The notes: generated by a model from the sequence alone, not told the origin. 64,000 bases of DNA from an uncultured Alphaproteobacteria bacterium (GCA_905234185.1 CAJOGC010000003.1:31453-95452); one strand, 5' to 3'; numbered from the stretch's first letter, positions 54,565 to 64,000 are shown. Numbers and translations: made by a program.

Positions 54565-54584
54565 AACCGCCCGGTTGGGCGGTT
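54565..54584 (-). terminator. intrinsic terminator
   Basis: The minus strand reads aaccgccc-aacc-gggcggtt followed by a T-rich run. One CTAATCA unit (54590-54596) lies between it and the stop codon. Confidence 0.55.
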
Positions 54585-54611
54585 CAACACTAATCACGAC
54601 TGCTACATATA

Positions 54612-55256
54612 TTATCTACATCTTATGCGACGTTTTACAACAACACTTGCACGCACAGAATGAAACTGTTCACATTTCTGGGCGTCATCGGAATTAATGT
54701 TAGCGATGTTATTTCCGTTAACATTACCGTTGGAATTAACAATTATTGTCCCGCTGTTATCGCCATTGACCACGACAATTTGGTCGGATTTAGCCGAATT
54801 ACCACGGACGCGAACCGTATCCGGCGCAACAAACACAGTTGCGGCCTGGTCACATACAGATTCCGCAACAGATGCCACCGATGTTGTGCACACTTTTTTG
54901 GCGGCTGCTTTCTTTGCGGGCGCTTTTTTAGCCGTTGCCTTTTTCTTTTGATTGCAAGGCACACAATCCTTTGCCAGTTTTTCACGGCACACATTCAGCG
55001 AATCGCGCAACTGCAAAACCAAAGTGTCTTTTTCCGCGATTTCAGCGATTGAATCTTCTAAACAAGCCCGTAAATCATTAATAGTACCAGTGGCGTCATT
55101 CATTGCTGCGGTATTATCATTAACTATTTTACGCCATTCCTGGGCTTCATCGCATGCGTCTTGCTTATCGCTGCACTGTTTAGCACCGAAAACAATCGCA
55201 ACAATCGCAACTGTTCCGGCCGCTATATTAACCCATGTTCTTTTATCCAAAGCCAT
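54612..55256 (-). CDS. hypothetical membrane-anchored protein (214 aa)
   Basis: AAGGAG RBS before ATG 55254-55256. TM WVNIAAGTVAIVAIVFGA. KKKATAKKAPAKKAAAKK tract. Several Cys. Confidence 0.55.
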   Translation of the reverse strand: MALDKRTWVNIAAGTVAIVAIVFGAKQCSDKQDACDEAQEWRKIVNDNTAAMNDATGTINDLRACLEDSIAEIAEKDTLVLQLRDSLNVCREKLAKDCVPCNQKKKATAKKAPAKKAAAKKVCTTSVASVAESVCDQAATVFVAPDTVRVRGNSAKSDQIVVVNGDNSGTIIVNSNGNVNGNNIANINSDDAQKCEQFHSVRASVVVKRRIRCR

Positions 55257-55339
55257 TTTATGCTCCTTGTTCTTTATTCTACTACATAACAATATAGACA
55301 AAAACACTTCGTTTGTCAATAACAAAAAATAATTTCCCT

Positions 55340-55368
55340 TTGCGCCCCGCCCTATTTTCTGATATAAT
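55340..55368 (+). promoter_or_regulatory. sigma70-type promoter with extended -10
   Basis: TTGCGC, 17 nt, TGaTATAAT. The -10 ends 16 nt before ATG 55385. Confidence 0.45.
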
Positions 55369-55384
55369 CAACCATCAGAGAGAA

Positions 55385-56245
55385 ATGACAAAGAACCTAA
55401 TTTTTATAGCGATTCTATGCGCAGTGGTGCCGAATATTGGACGTGCGGCGTGTTCGCGTGCGAATTTAATCCGTTGCCTGGATTCCGCATGCGCGATAAA
55501 TTCGTCGTCAAATCCGGCGGCACGGTGCCAATATTGTGGGACTGCGGATGCGGGCGACCCCGATGATGCGGGACTGCGTGCGATTTCCGTTGGCACATCT
55601 TCGCGTTTTTCCATTTCCGCACGTGATCTAAAAAATGCCCCAACCGATCCGGGCGAACGTTATGTTTGGGCGGCCAGGAAATGCCTTTCCCTCATTGATG
55701 GTTGCACCGCGGAAAATGTATCGGAATTTTACGATTCATTAATAGAACAATCTTGCACTGCGGCCGGAATTAAATCTCAAATGACGGTTTTACAGAAACA
55801 ATCTGTCCGTACAAAAACTTCCACGATATGTAAATCTGAAATAACCGCATGTGTTGTCGCCGATGCCCGTTGTTCTGCACATTACACGAACTGTGCCACC
55901 GATTCAGAATTTGACAAACACTTTTCAGAATGTGCGGTCACGGTCGGCGGATGCGATCAATATTTGCCCAGCATACGCGGGGCACTGGCCGGGGCGCGCA
56001 CAAACGCCAACACCAACGCGGAATCAACATTAACGGCCATAGTCCAATCGTATCGCGACGCGCGTGAACGGCGCATGACAACTATTACAAAATCATGTGA
56101 AACGGGCGACGCACGAGACACATGCATTGCTTCCGTTTGTAATCGCAGCATGGCGAACAAATGCGATTCGGGTCATCCAGAAGAAACATCAATGGCAACC
56201 CAGTTATGCAAGTTCTATGACACAGCGTGTTCGACACTAAAATAA
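55385..56245 (+). CDS. secreted cysteine-module protein (family member E, 286 aa)
   Basis: The internal ATG gives signal peptide MTKNLIFIAILCAVVPNIGRA. Knot ACSRANLIRCLDSACAINSSSNPAARCQYC. Module ICKSEITACVVADARCSAHYTNC. Confidence 0.75.
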   Translation: MTKNLIFIAILCAVVPNIGRAACSRANLIRCLDSACAINSSSNPAARCQYCGTADAGDPDDAGLRAISVGTSSRFSISARDLKNAPTDPGERYVWAARKCLSLIDGCTAENVSEFYDSLIEQSCTAAGIKSQMTVLQKQSVRTKTSTICKSEITACVVADARCSAHYTNCATDSEFDKHFSECAVTVGGCDQYLPSIRGALAGARTNANTNAESTLTAIVQSYRDARERRMTTITKSCETGDARDTCIASVCNRSMANKCDSGHPEETSMATQLCKFYDTACSTLK

Positions 56246-56262
56246 ATGGGCATAAGTAAGAT

Positions 56263-57822
56263 ATGATCTTGAAAAAAATTATCTTTCACGAAAACCTTTG
56301 TAGCGCAATTGTTGCGATACTGGCGATTATGCCGAATGCGAATGCGGCAAATGTTGTTCCACGCTCTCAACAGTCTGCGAATCGTGTATCTGCAACGCGT
56401 CCAACCATGGCGGCAACCCGCATGCCGACAATGACAACCAGTATAAATACATCTGCATCCACCGTGTCGACCACGCCGGAATCCCAACCCGTGACATCGG
56501 AACAAACAGACCCCGAATCAGAACCCACAACCGATTTTGTGGAACCGGTCACAATCGAAAACAAATCATCACAATTTAGTTCGGAACTGACGACAAAATC
56601 CGCATCTGGATCCGACACATCTGCATCGGCATTGGCTGACCTGGTCCGGGCCCAGCGTGCGGCACTGGATGCGTCTGATGCGATTGCGGCGGCGGGCACA
56701 ACAACCGGCACCGCATCGGGGACCGGTGCAAACAATTGCGACACAATGTTGCGTAAATGCATGACGGAAAAATGTGGAACAAACTTTGTTAAATGCACAC
56801 TGGATACCGACACAACATTCGGCGACAAATTGGACACATGTCGCCGCACGACGAATTGTACCGGACACGAATATCAACTTCTTGCGCCGGAAATAAAGGC
56901 CGATCGTGATTTCAATGCAAAGATTGCGAACTATAACGCAACAATTGATTGTGGTAATAATTACAATTCATGTATCGTGGCCCAGTGTGGTGCAACCTAT
57001 TCCAAATGCCTTGGCAAAGGTGCGGGTGACGACGCGATTAAGCAATGTGAATCGATTGCAAAATCGTGCACCGAATACGATTCTGGTTTGGCTATGCGCG
57101 CGATGGGTGTGTTTGGCGAACTGCGCCAGGGTGCCGAACGGCAAATCGCCGCGGACGAACAAAAACTTTATGCTCTGCGTGAACAAATGCGCTCTGTATG
57201 CACACGTTTGGGGGCAATGTTTGATGAACGCAGTCTGGATTGCGTTTACACTGTGAATTTCCGCGCGGGCGATGACGCAACACTTTACGCATCGAAAAAA
57301 TTATATGCCGGTGGCACATTTGATTGCACACCGAATTGGTTTGGTATCGACATAACAACATTCCGCGAAAACGCACTGCGTACGGATCGCGAACAGAAAT
57401 CTGCATCATCGGCCATGCTGGGTTCCGGCCTGGGCCAGGCGGTTGGTGCATTAACATCCGGCGCAATCGATCGTGCGGTTGCGCGCAGCACGGCGGATAA
57501 TGCACTGAAAGACGCAATTGCGGATTGTATCGAAAACGGTGTGGATGAAAGAACCGGTAAAAAAATGACCGAATCCGATTGTCGCGCAAAAATCGGTGGC
57601 ACAAGCACAAAGACAAACACGCTTCCAAATGACATCGAAACAACATTAAATGATATCCAGACTCGTCAAAATGAAGAAATCGAAAATATGGAAATCCCAG
57701 TTGAAGGTGTGACTGACGAACAACTTGATGATATCATAAAAGCTCCAGTAGTACCGGCTTCAGCGTCTGGCGGTTCATCCGAAACGTCCACCGATCCAAA
57801 TAAAAAACAAAGCAACGAATAA
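56263..57822 (+). CDS. secreted cysteine-module protein (family member F, 519 aa)
   Basis: Signal peptide ...AIVAILAIMPNANA. R/S/T-rich tract. NCDTMLRKCMTEKCGTNFVKC and DCGNNYNSCIVAQCGATYSKC. It starts 17 nt after gene E. Confidence 0.8.
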   Translation: MILKKIIFHENLCSAIVAILAIMPNANAANVVPRSQQSANRVSATRPTMAATRMPTMTTSINTSASTVSTTPESQPVTSEQTDPESEPTTDFVEPVTIENKSSQFSSELTTKSASGSDTSASALADLVRAQRAALDASDAIAAAGTTTGTASGTGANNCDTMLRKCMTEKCGTNFVKCTLDTDTTFGDKLDTCRRTTNCTGHEYQLLAPEIKADRDFNAKIANYNATIDCGNNYNSCIVAQCGATYSKCLGKGAGDDAIKQCESIAKSCTEYDSGLAMRAMGVFGELRQGAERQIAADEQKLYALREQMRSVCTRLGAMFDERSLDCVYTVNFRAGDDATLYASKKLYAGGTFDCTPNWFGIDITTFRENALRTDREQKSASSAMLGSGLGQAVGALTSGAIDRAVARSTADNALKDAIADCIENGVDERTGKKMTESDCRAKIGGTSTKTNTLPNDIETTLNDIQTRQNEEIENMEIPVEGVTDEQLDDIIKAPVVPASASGGSSETSTDPNKKQSNE

Positions 57823-57824
57823 CC

Positions 57825-60800
57825 ATGAAAAAAATATCAATTGCATTTTTATTTGTTTTAACAATTGTTCCGACGTCGTTCGCGAATCCGGCCGCGGTTT
57901 ATGAATGCACTGTGGACCAGTTGCAAGCGGGACCAAATGTCACTGTTGGGGCCGATTGTTCCACGCAAGACTGGGTGAAAGATTATCGTTCGATAAAAGG
58001 AACGGTTGTTAAATATGGTACAAAGAATGCAGAAAAAATTTCTTTGGTTAAAATTGAATTCCAACCGTCCAACACGAACGAAGCGCACCCATTACAGCAT
58101 ACCGCGAATCCACACTTTGCATTCTATATCAAAAAAGGTGTCGAAGGAACGATCACTTTTTCCAGAGAAGGATACGATTCCCTCACATTGTCTACAAGCG
58201 AATTCGGACCGTATGGTCGCTATGTCGAAATGAAACCTTCATCGGTTCCGGCTGATGCAACCGCGATGGCGGCATCTGATTCGCCCGCAGAAAACAAGAC
58301 CAAAACGGAATCAGGCAACACATCTTCCGGGAAAGGTTCGGCCTCCACACGTTCTTCGGGTGCATCAACAACGCAAACCGTTGCATCCACAAAACCAGAA
58401 TCCACCGTAAAACCAACCCCAGTCACCAACACGGAAACAATAACAATTTCTGGAACCGTTGTTGACGAGAATGACAACCCGATAAGCTATGCTGCGGTTA
58501 GTTATTATGACAGCACAAACACACCTCAAGGAGTATCGGCAAATGCCGATGGCAAATATAACCTAACAGTGCCTTCAAGTAATACAGATGTGACATTCAG
58601 TATACTTGGTTATGAATCACAAACAAAAAAAGCCTCAGAATTATCAAATAACCCAACAGTTAAATTAAACCTTGTCTCCGAATTATTAGACAAAACAGTC
58701 ATCGGGGATTGTGAAACGATACAAGCAAGACGAAAAACATATCATGCAACAACATTTAAATTGATTGATGGTCAATGCGTACCTGATAAATGCATAAGCA
58801 ACAGGTATAAACTTATTGGTAAAGGTACAATCAACGCAAAATGTGAAGACCAGGTTGGCACAACATGTCTTCCAAATGGTCCACACCAATTCGCCGGATA
58901 CAACGAATGGCGCAACGAGACACTTGTGTGCAAGCCGGGCTGCAGCGATAACTATCAACCAATATGGAGAACCGATCACTATGAATGCGAGATCAAGGAA
59001 GATTTAACTGGCACCAAATGCCCTGACGATATTTTGGGTACTATGGCGCACAAAGAACTTATCAAAAAAGCGGTTGCAAGCGATGGTGGCGAAAGTTCAA
59101 ATGGAACAATTACTGCATGCACAATCATCGAATGTATATCTGGATACCATCCTGATATGACCGGTGAATCTTGCATCCAAGATTGTAAATGTAGCGAAAC
59201 ATGGAATAAAAATACCGAACAATGCGAACCAATAACGAACGATGATTGCCACACAGAAATATCCGGGGCAACCAAGGCAACATTGGTTTGTGAAAATGAA
59301 AAATCGGTTTGCAAGGTTCAATCTTGTGACACCAAAAATGGCTATGAATTGAAAGACAACAAATGCGAATGCACCGCCGATGGATTTGAAAAAGCAAAAG
59401 ACGGCACTTGCACGCCGAAAATGGTTCTGACCCGGGATCAGTACCAAAATCAAATCAAAGACCTGGCCGACAATGCACAAAAAATGCATGACAATGAAAA
59501 CTCATTGATTAATAAAACCATAGGCGCGGCGGGCATTGGCGTGACCGGTGCCGGCGGAATGATGCTGGCACAATCGTTGTCCGAAACAAAGTCGGACACA
59601 GACGCCGAACGCACAATGACGGCCTATTTAGAAACATTCCAATGTGACTATGGCGACGGCAGACCAATCAAGGGTGGCGAAATCAATGTTCCTTTGCCGG
59701 GTGGCAACGATATGACTTTGCTTTACAGCGAATATGCACGATTGGCAAACGACCTTAAAATCCGCAAAACCGCATTGGGTTTGCGTCCCGGCATAGAATC
59801 CGAGATTGTAATAGATAAAGCCGAAACCGGTTTATATGATAACGTTGGCACCGGCATTACTGGTGGCGGATATGCGTCCATTGCACGCGCTTTACAGAAC
59901 CCTGATGGTGCGGATGCAACCATGTGGGCGGCACAAAAAGAAACCACCAAGAATACATTAATCGCCGGGGCCGTCACCGCGGGTGTTGGCGCGGTTGGTT
60001 CATTAGCCGCCAACATCGCCGTCAACCACAATGTTAAAAATGATGTGGACGAAATAAAACAACGCTACGCCGCATTAAAACATCCGTTTAAACAGATGGA
60101 AACTAAAGTTAACACCCCACAGGAAAAACCACGTACTTGTGCCACCGTATATAATGCCCGGAATATTGATGGTACATATCCAAATTGCATCTGTACTGAT
60201 TCTAATAGTCATTTCAATATCAACGATGGCTGTATACCATGTACTGGTGGCCGAACAGTTAATACTGCTAAGGACGGTTGCGAATGCACCGTTGGCCGTT
60301 GGGACGGGAAGCAATGCCGTGAAAACGTACAAAAAGCCTGTCCATTAACGGGGCTTGTAAAATCAGGCAACTGCAACTGTATAGATAACGCTGGCTCAGA
60401 CAGTGATAATAAGTGCGAATGTAAATCTGGCTATATCGAAATCGAAGGCAAATGTGAAAGAGAAGAACCGGTTGTACAACAGCCAGAACCTGCTATCGGA
60501 CAATTTGATGTTATTGTAAGTATAGATTTATCATCTGATATGTTATTCGAATCTGGCAAAGACGAATTAACACCAACCGCAAAACAAAATTTAGAAGAAT
60601 TCAAAAATTCGGCCACGAAAACTGTGGCCACCCTGCCAACAGAAACCGATTATTGTTTAATTATTGTTGGCAAAACCGATCACCAAGGATTCAAAAAACC
60701 AGACAATAAATTAAACAACAACAAGTCATTGTCCGAACGTCGCGCAATGGCAGTTAAAAACGCCATTCAAGATGCGTTTAATCCACAAAACATAAGAACA

Positions 60801-60992
60801 TATGGTGTCGCTGATACAGATTGTACACCAGCAAAACCAAGCAACAATCCATCCTGTCGCAGTGTTAATGTTCGTATGTTGGCCGGTTCATGCGAGGAAG
60901 TTATTAAAGAAGCATCGAGTAGTCCTTCTATTCTTACTGGCACAAAAATCGTAAATGAGTATGACGCGCTAAATTACCTTATAACACCGTAA
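57825..60992 (+). CDS. 1055-aa mosaic envelope protein: beta-sandwich (CarboxypepD_reg-like) segments, EGF-like Cys repeats, glycine-zipper hydrophobic segments, C-terminal OmpA-type peptidoglycan-binding domain
   Basis: Signal peptide MKKISIAFLFVLTIVPTSFA. ITISGTVVDENDNPISYAAVSYYD...ADGKYNLTV. C-x-C-rich blocks (CECTADGFEKAKDGTC, CECKSGYIEIEGKCE). IGAAGIGVTGAGGMMLA. OmpA_C-like IIVGKTDHQG...NNKSLSERRAMAVKNAI. It starts 2 nt after gene F. Confidence 0.85.
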   Translation: MKKISIAFLFVLTIVPTSFANPAAVYECTVDQLQAGPNVTVGADCSTQDWVKDYRSIKGTVVKYGTKNAEKISLVKIEFQPSNTNEAHPLQHTANPHFAFYIKKGVEGTITFSREGYDSLTLSTSEFGPYGRYVEMKPSSVPADATAMAASDSPAENKTKTESGNTSSGKGSASTRSSGASTTQTVASTKPESTVKPTPVTNTETITISGTVVDENDNPISYAAVSYYDSTNTPQGVSANADGKYNLTVPSSNTDVTFSILGYESQTKKASELSNNPTVKLNLVSELLDKTVIGDCETIQARRKTYHATTFKLIDGQCVPDKCISNRYKLIGKGTINAKCEDQVGTTCLPNGPHQFAGYNEWRNETLVCKPGCSDNYQPIWRTDHYECEIKEDLTGTKCPDDILGTMAHKELIKKAVASDGGESSNGTITACTIIECISGYHPDMTGESCIQDCKCSETWNKNTEQCEPITNDDCHTEISGATKATLVCENEKSVCKVQSCDTKNGYELKDNKCECTADGFEKAKDGTCTPKMVLTRDQYQNQIKDLADNAQKMHDNENSLINKTIGAAGIGVTGAGGMMLAQSLSETKSDTDAERTMTAYLETFQCDYGDGRPIKGGEINVPLPGGNDMTLLYSEYARLANDLKIRKTALGLRPGIESEIVIDKAETGLYDNVGTGITGGGYASIARALQNPDGADATMWAAQKETTKNTLIAGAVTAGVGAVGSLAANIAVNHNVKNDVDEIKQRYAALKHPFKQMETKVNTPQEKPRTCATVYNARNIDGTYPNCICTDSNSHFNINDGCIPCTGGRTVNTAKDGCECTVGRWDGKQCRENVQKACPLTGLVKSGNCNCIDNAGSDSDNKCECKSGYIEIEGKCEREEPVVQQPEPAIGQFDVIVSIDLSSDMLFESGKDELTPTAKQNLEEFKNSATKTVATLPTETDYCLIIVGKTDHQGFKKPDNKLNNNKSLSERRAMAVKNAIQDAFNPQNIRTYGVADTDCTPAKPSNNPSCRSVNVRMLAGSCEEVIKEASSSPSILTGTKIVNEYDALNYLITP

Positions 60993-61017
60993 GACTAAGA
61001 AACAGTACTTCGTTTTT

Positions 61018-61042
61018 CCCCAGCCGTGTGGCGGGGGTTTTA
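61018..61042 (+). terminator. intrinsic terminator after the 1055-aa gene
   Basis: ccccagcc-gtgt-ggcggggg followed by TTTT. Confidence 0.55.
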
Positions 61043-61101
61043 TTATCGGTCCGGTTTATTATTGCACCTGCTCTTTTTTATTTTTCTCGTCATACCACTT
61101 C

Positions 61102-61150
61102 TGTCATTCCCGCGATTGCCATTCCGGGGCGAGGCGTTAGCCGAGGGAAC
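61102..61150. repeat. dispersed GC-rich repeat (second copy at 15792-15824)
   Basis: tgtcat(t)ccc...gggcgaggcgt(c/t)agccgagggaac. The copy here carries a 14-nt insertion, gcgattgccattcc. Confidence 0.6.
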
Positions 61151-61288
61151 AGAACGATATCCAGTTTGATGCGAACGCATTAACTTGTCTGGCTGTTCTT
61201 AACTCCCCTTCACATGTTGAAAGCGTGACGGGATAGTTAATTATTACGGAACCATCGTCACCACTACCCCGCCTCGTTTCACTCGGCA

Positions 61289-61308
61289 CCCCTTCGCTAG
61301 CGAAGGGG
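61289..61308. repeat. GC-rich palindrome ccccttcgc-ta-gcgaagggg (related copy at 21201-21221)
   Basis: A perfect 9-bp-arm palindrome. The 21201 copy is cccctttgctctgcgaagggg. Confidence 0.55.
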
Positions 61309-61444
61309 ATTTTCCACCCCCGCCCTGTGGGTACCTTTCTGATAGAGGGAAACTTTAAAAACGCAACACAAAATCCCCTCGGATAGAGGGGAACTTTTAA
61401 ACCGTGCAAGTTTTTCCCGCACAAGTTGCACTATTTCGTCATTA

Positions 61445-64000
61445 TCAGAAGCGATATAACCCAGACAAACGAACTTTATGCAACTGGATATCATTATTAT
61501 ACTGATAACGATAATCCAATCCGACTTGGATTCCGGTCGCGGATAATAATTCCACGCCACCACCAATGTTCGCCCACAATGGGTCGATTTCTATGCCGTA
61601 ACGTGTGTACGACTTTGCCGGACTAAATTTGAACTTAGCATAATCTGGCGCCCCCAGTACATCATATTCGATTCCAACCGACACATACGGACGAATTTGG
61701 AACCAAGACGACGGATATATACGCTTTTGCGCGATTAACGAATATCCCGGTGTCAGCATTATATACCCATCGGACTTTAGGTGCATATAGTCACCACCAC
61801 CGGCGCGTTCTTTGAACGAAAAACCAGAATTATATCCAATGCGTGCATACAGATTACCAACGATGTATTGATTCAACCAGTCATGCAACAATCCCCATTC
61901 GGAAATCAGGCTGAAAGTAGTCCCAGAACCATCGATATGCGACACAAAACTCTGGTCACGAGACACATCCAGCAAGTGTAAATCCAAGAACCCGTTCCCA
62001 TACAAACGCGCCTTGGTTCCTAATGTTTTCATCAAGTACGCACCAAGCCCGACATTCGTATCAGCGACATCTAAATCCACATTGCCAACAACATTTTCGC
62101 CGGGCATATAACTTAAATCTATTTTTTCTGAATGATCCCCCGTCGTATGAGATATGCGCCCCGCGACCCCCAGAATTAATGTGGATGAGTGTTGCCAATC
62201 ATATCCACCAACAACACTGAACCGATTGCCATGTGCGCGTTCACCATCGGCGATATCTTGATTTACCAAACCATAATTAACATCGGCCCATGCTTTTCTT
62301 AGTGCGCGATTGCGGTTCCATATAAATTCATCCAGCATATGATCTGCGAAATCACGGAAATTAGTATGCTCGTTTAACGCGATAGTGCCCGCGACCTGCT
62401 CTACTTCACGTGGCTGAACCAAACGGCTGAACCGCGCCAAAGCAGTTCCGTCTGGATTCACCGTATAACGTTCCATACGTTTATACAATTCATTTGCTAA
62501 TTCTTCCAGATTTGTTCCACGGAAAGAAACGGGCATCGCTTCTATTGGTGCCCGATTATAAAATCCGGCATCAAGCAAACCGCCTGCAATCATATCGTCA
62601 AGTGCCCCCGCAGCATCATGTTCACCACCGGTATGATCAACGACGCGATCAACAATTGGCTGAATCTTAAACAGTTCCACCGGCCCACCAAATCGCGAAT
62701 CAAAAACAACATAGATACTGTCGGTTATCCCGTCTTGGTTAACATCGCGAACACTCAAATATGCCGGCAACCCAGATTCTGTTTGATTAGCACCAACGTT
62801 TTCTGCAATAGCATTATCAAAATACTTGAAGCATCTGGAACCGTCCGCATTACAGAAATTCACATTAAGATTGCGAATCTTGTCAGACAATTCGACCAAT
62901 CCACCCGCGCCATCTGCATACAATAACCATATTGCCGTGCCAGAATCCACCATATCAAATATATCGATACCCATTTGCGGACTGATTAAGTTTTGGTCCG
63001 ATATTTCACCACCGACATTAGAAACATCATAGATAAAATTACCACCCACGGAAACCAGCGGTGCCGCATTATATGCCGCATTGGTTATTTGGCCAAAAGT
63101 GCTGTCTTCTGCTAATGATACTGTTGACCAATAGTTATATGTTGTTGTATCGATTGTGACACCCGGTGTTGGCAATACCGCCACATGCAACATACTGTTG
63201 TCATTGTATGTATAGTTCCCGATGATACTCATATGTTCCAGGCCAACAAAATCGACCCCCCCAGAAACATTACCCGACACCGCCACATTGGCCCAATTAC
63301 CAGATGGGTTCGCCTGGATACGTAAATCATTAGCAACGATATTTCCATTAACCGTGACATCACTGGACAAAATCGTCATTTTTGATGCATTTTGATTAAT
63401 TCCACCGACCGTTAAATTCCCCACAGTCATTGAATAATCTGCTGGTACAATATTAATGCCACCGGAACTAATCGCACCAGACTTGTTTTGATACAACACC
63501 CCAGACGCCATCAATGCCCCGGTCAATGTCATATCATCAGATGTTATACTTACTGTTCCAGAATTATTCGCCAACGATGCCCCTGTTATTGTTCCGCTCG
63601 TTGTATTCAGAACCAAAGTGCCGGTATTTTGTATTGCGCCCAAATTCAAGTCGGCCACCGTATTCAGGGTTAAATTAGCACCATTAATTATTGCCCCACC
63701 GGCGTTTATCTCATTCGCATTGATCGTTGCAACGCCGGCATTACCCGTAATACCATTCGCAAAGGTCGCATTATTAGTAATATTGTAGACAACATTATTT
63801 CCATCAACAACCAATCGCCCGCCATCGACAGTTAAATTGTTGGCACCAAATGTTCCAGAATTACCAACAACCAAAACACCAACTGTGCCCCCCTGGTTTA
63901 AATCACCATTCTCAATATCGACATCGCCCGTCACCGCGATAGTATTACTGGACAATTTTGTTGTCCCGCCACTAAGTTCCATTGTTGACGAATTAATCGT
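61445..64000 (-). CDS. classical (type Va) autotransporter, C-terminal ~850 aa; the ORF is open to the right window edge
   Basis: Beta-barrel translocator ending ...GLDYRYQYNNDIQLHKVRLSGLYRF. The passenger is a repetitive N/G/T-rich beta-helix-like sequence. There is no in-frame stop between the track ATG (63982) and position 64000. Confidence 0.85.
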   Translation of the reverse strand, partial: TINSSTMELSGGTTKLSSNTIAVTGDVDIENGDLNQGGTVGVLVVGNSGTFGANNLTVDGGRLVVDGNNVVYNITNNATFANGITGNAGVATINANEINAGGAIINGANLTLNTVADLNLGAIQNTGTLVLNTTSGTITGASLANNSGTVSITSDDMTLTGALMASGVLYQNKSGAISSGGINIVPADYSMTVGNLTVGGINQNASKMTILSSDVTVNGNIVANDLRIQANPSGNWANVAVSGNVSGGVDFVGLEHMSIIGNYTYNDNSMLHVAVLPTPGVTIDTTTYNYWSTVSLAEDSTFGQITNAAYNAAPLVSVGGNFIYDVSNVGGEISDQNLISPQMGIDIFDMVDSGTAIWLLYADGAGGLVELSDKIRNLNVNFCNADGSRCFKYFDNAIAENVGANQTESGLPAYLSVRDVNQDGITDSIYVVFDSRFGGPVELFKIQPIVDRVVDHTGGEHDAAGALDDMIAGGLLDAGFYNRAPIEAMPVSFRGTNLEELANELYKRMERYTVNPDGTALARFSRLVQPREVEQVAGTIALNEHTNFRDFADHMLDEFIWNRNRALRKAWADVNYGLVNQDIADGERAHGNRFSVVGGYDWQHSSTLILGVAGRISHTTGDHSEKIDLSYMPGENVVGNVDLDVADTNVGLGAYLMKTLGTKARLYGNGFLDLHLLDVSRDQSFVSHIDGSGTTFSLISEWGLLHDWLNQYIVGNLYARIGYNSGFSFKERAGGGDYMHLKSDGYIMLTPGYSLIAQKRIYPSSWFQIRPYVSVGIEYDVLGAPDYAKFKFSPAKSYTRYGIEIDPLWANIGGGVELLSATGIQVGLDYRYQYNNDIQLHKVRLSGLYRF

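Noticed and set aside
56367-57646. Minus-strand ORFs of 100-184 aa
   Set aside because: They are antisense to family member F, with no RBS and biased shadow-frame composition.
61137-61566. Two minus-strand ORFs (95 and 89 aa) in the convergent spacer
   Set aside because: They translate GC-rich palindromic repeats, overlap each other and the autotransporter 3' end, and have no start-site signals.

Overview
This 64-kb window looks like chromosome from a moderately AT-rich, probably host-associated alphaproteobacterium. That assignment is an inference from a CcrM-type methyltransferase, the rpsF-rpsR-rplI arrangement, and CTTG-N17-CYTATNT heat-shock-type promoters. The backbone is housekeeping: prfB with its +1 frameshift, a class A PBP, rpsU, an lpxL-like gene plus msbA, clpB, rpmB, recO, rplI-rpsR-rpsF, infA, clpX-clpP, pgk, rnhB, slt, nrdR and ccrM. 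There are four tRNAs: Arg-CCG, Ala-UGC, Leu-CAA and Gln-CUG. I saw no rRNA, CRISPR array, transposase, integrase or recognisable defence genes. The unusual part is the envelope and surface content. (1) A paralogous family of signal-peptide proteins is built from repeated 4-Cys modules, and I cannot assign it to a named family. It has seven genes, at 991-2208, 25451-33190 and 55385-60992, roughly a fifth of the window. One member is a 1055-aa mosaic with an OmpA-type peptidoglycan anchor. (2) A 1817-aa trimeric autotransporter carries Pmp-type GGA[IV]/FxxN repeats. There is also an ankyrin-headed 1142-aa outer-membrane protein, a partial classical autotransporter and several small beta-barrel OMPs. 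(3) A three-gene orphan secreted-protein operon sits behind a ~210-nt highly structured leader whose long helix competes with an intrinsic terminator. (4) There is an orphan MotA/MotB-like pair. (5) Two tandem atypical ACPs are translationally coupled to the lpxL-like gene and msbA. Non-coding oddities include a 236-bp tandem duplication that copies the tRNA-Leu 3' end, phased CTAAYMA heptad arrays between stop codon and terminator of two genes, tandem repeats beside tRNA-Ala, and dispersed GC-rich palindromes. There is also a promoter/structured-RNA/terminator unit upstream of an XRE gene. Coordinates of non-coding features were hand-indexed and anchored on ORF-track coordinates where possible, so treat them as +/-2 nt.
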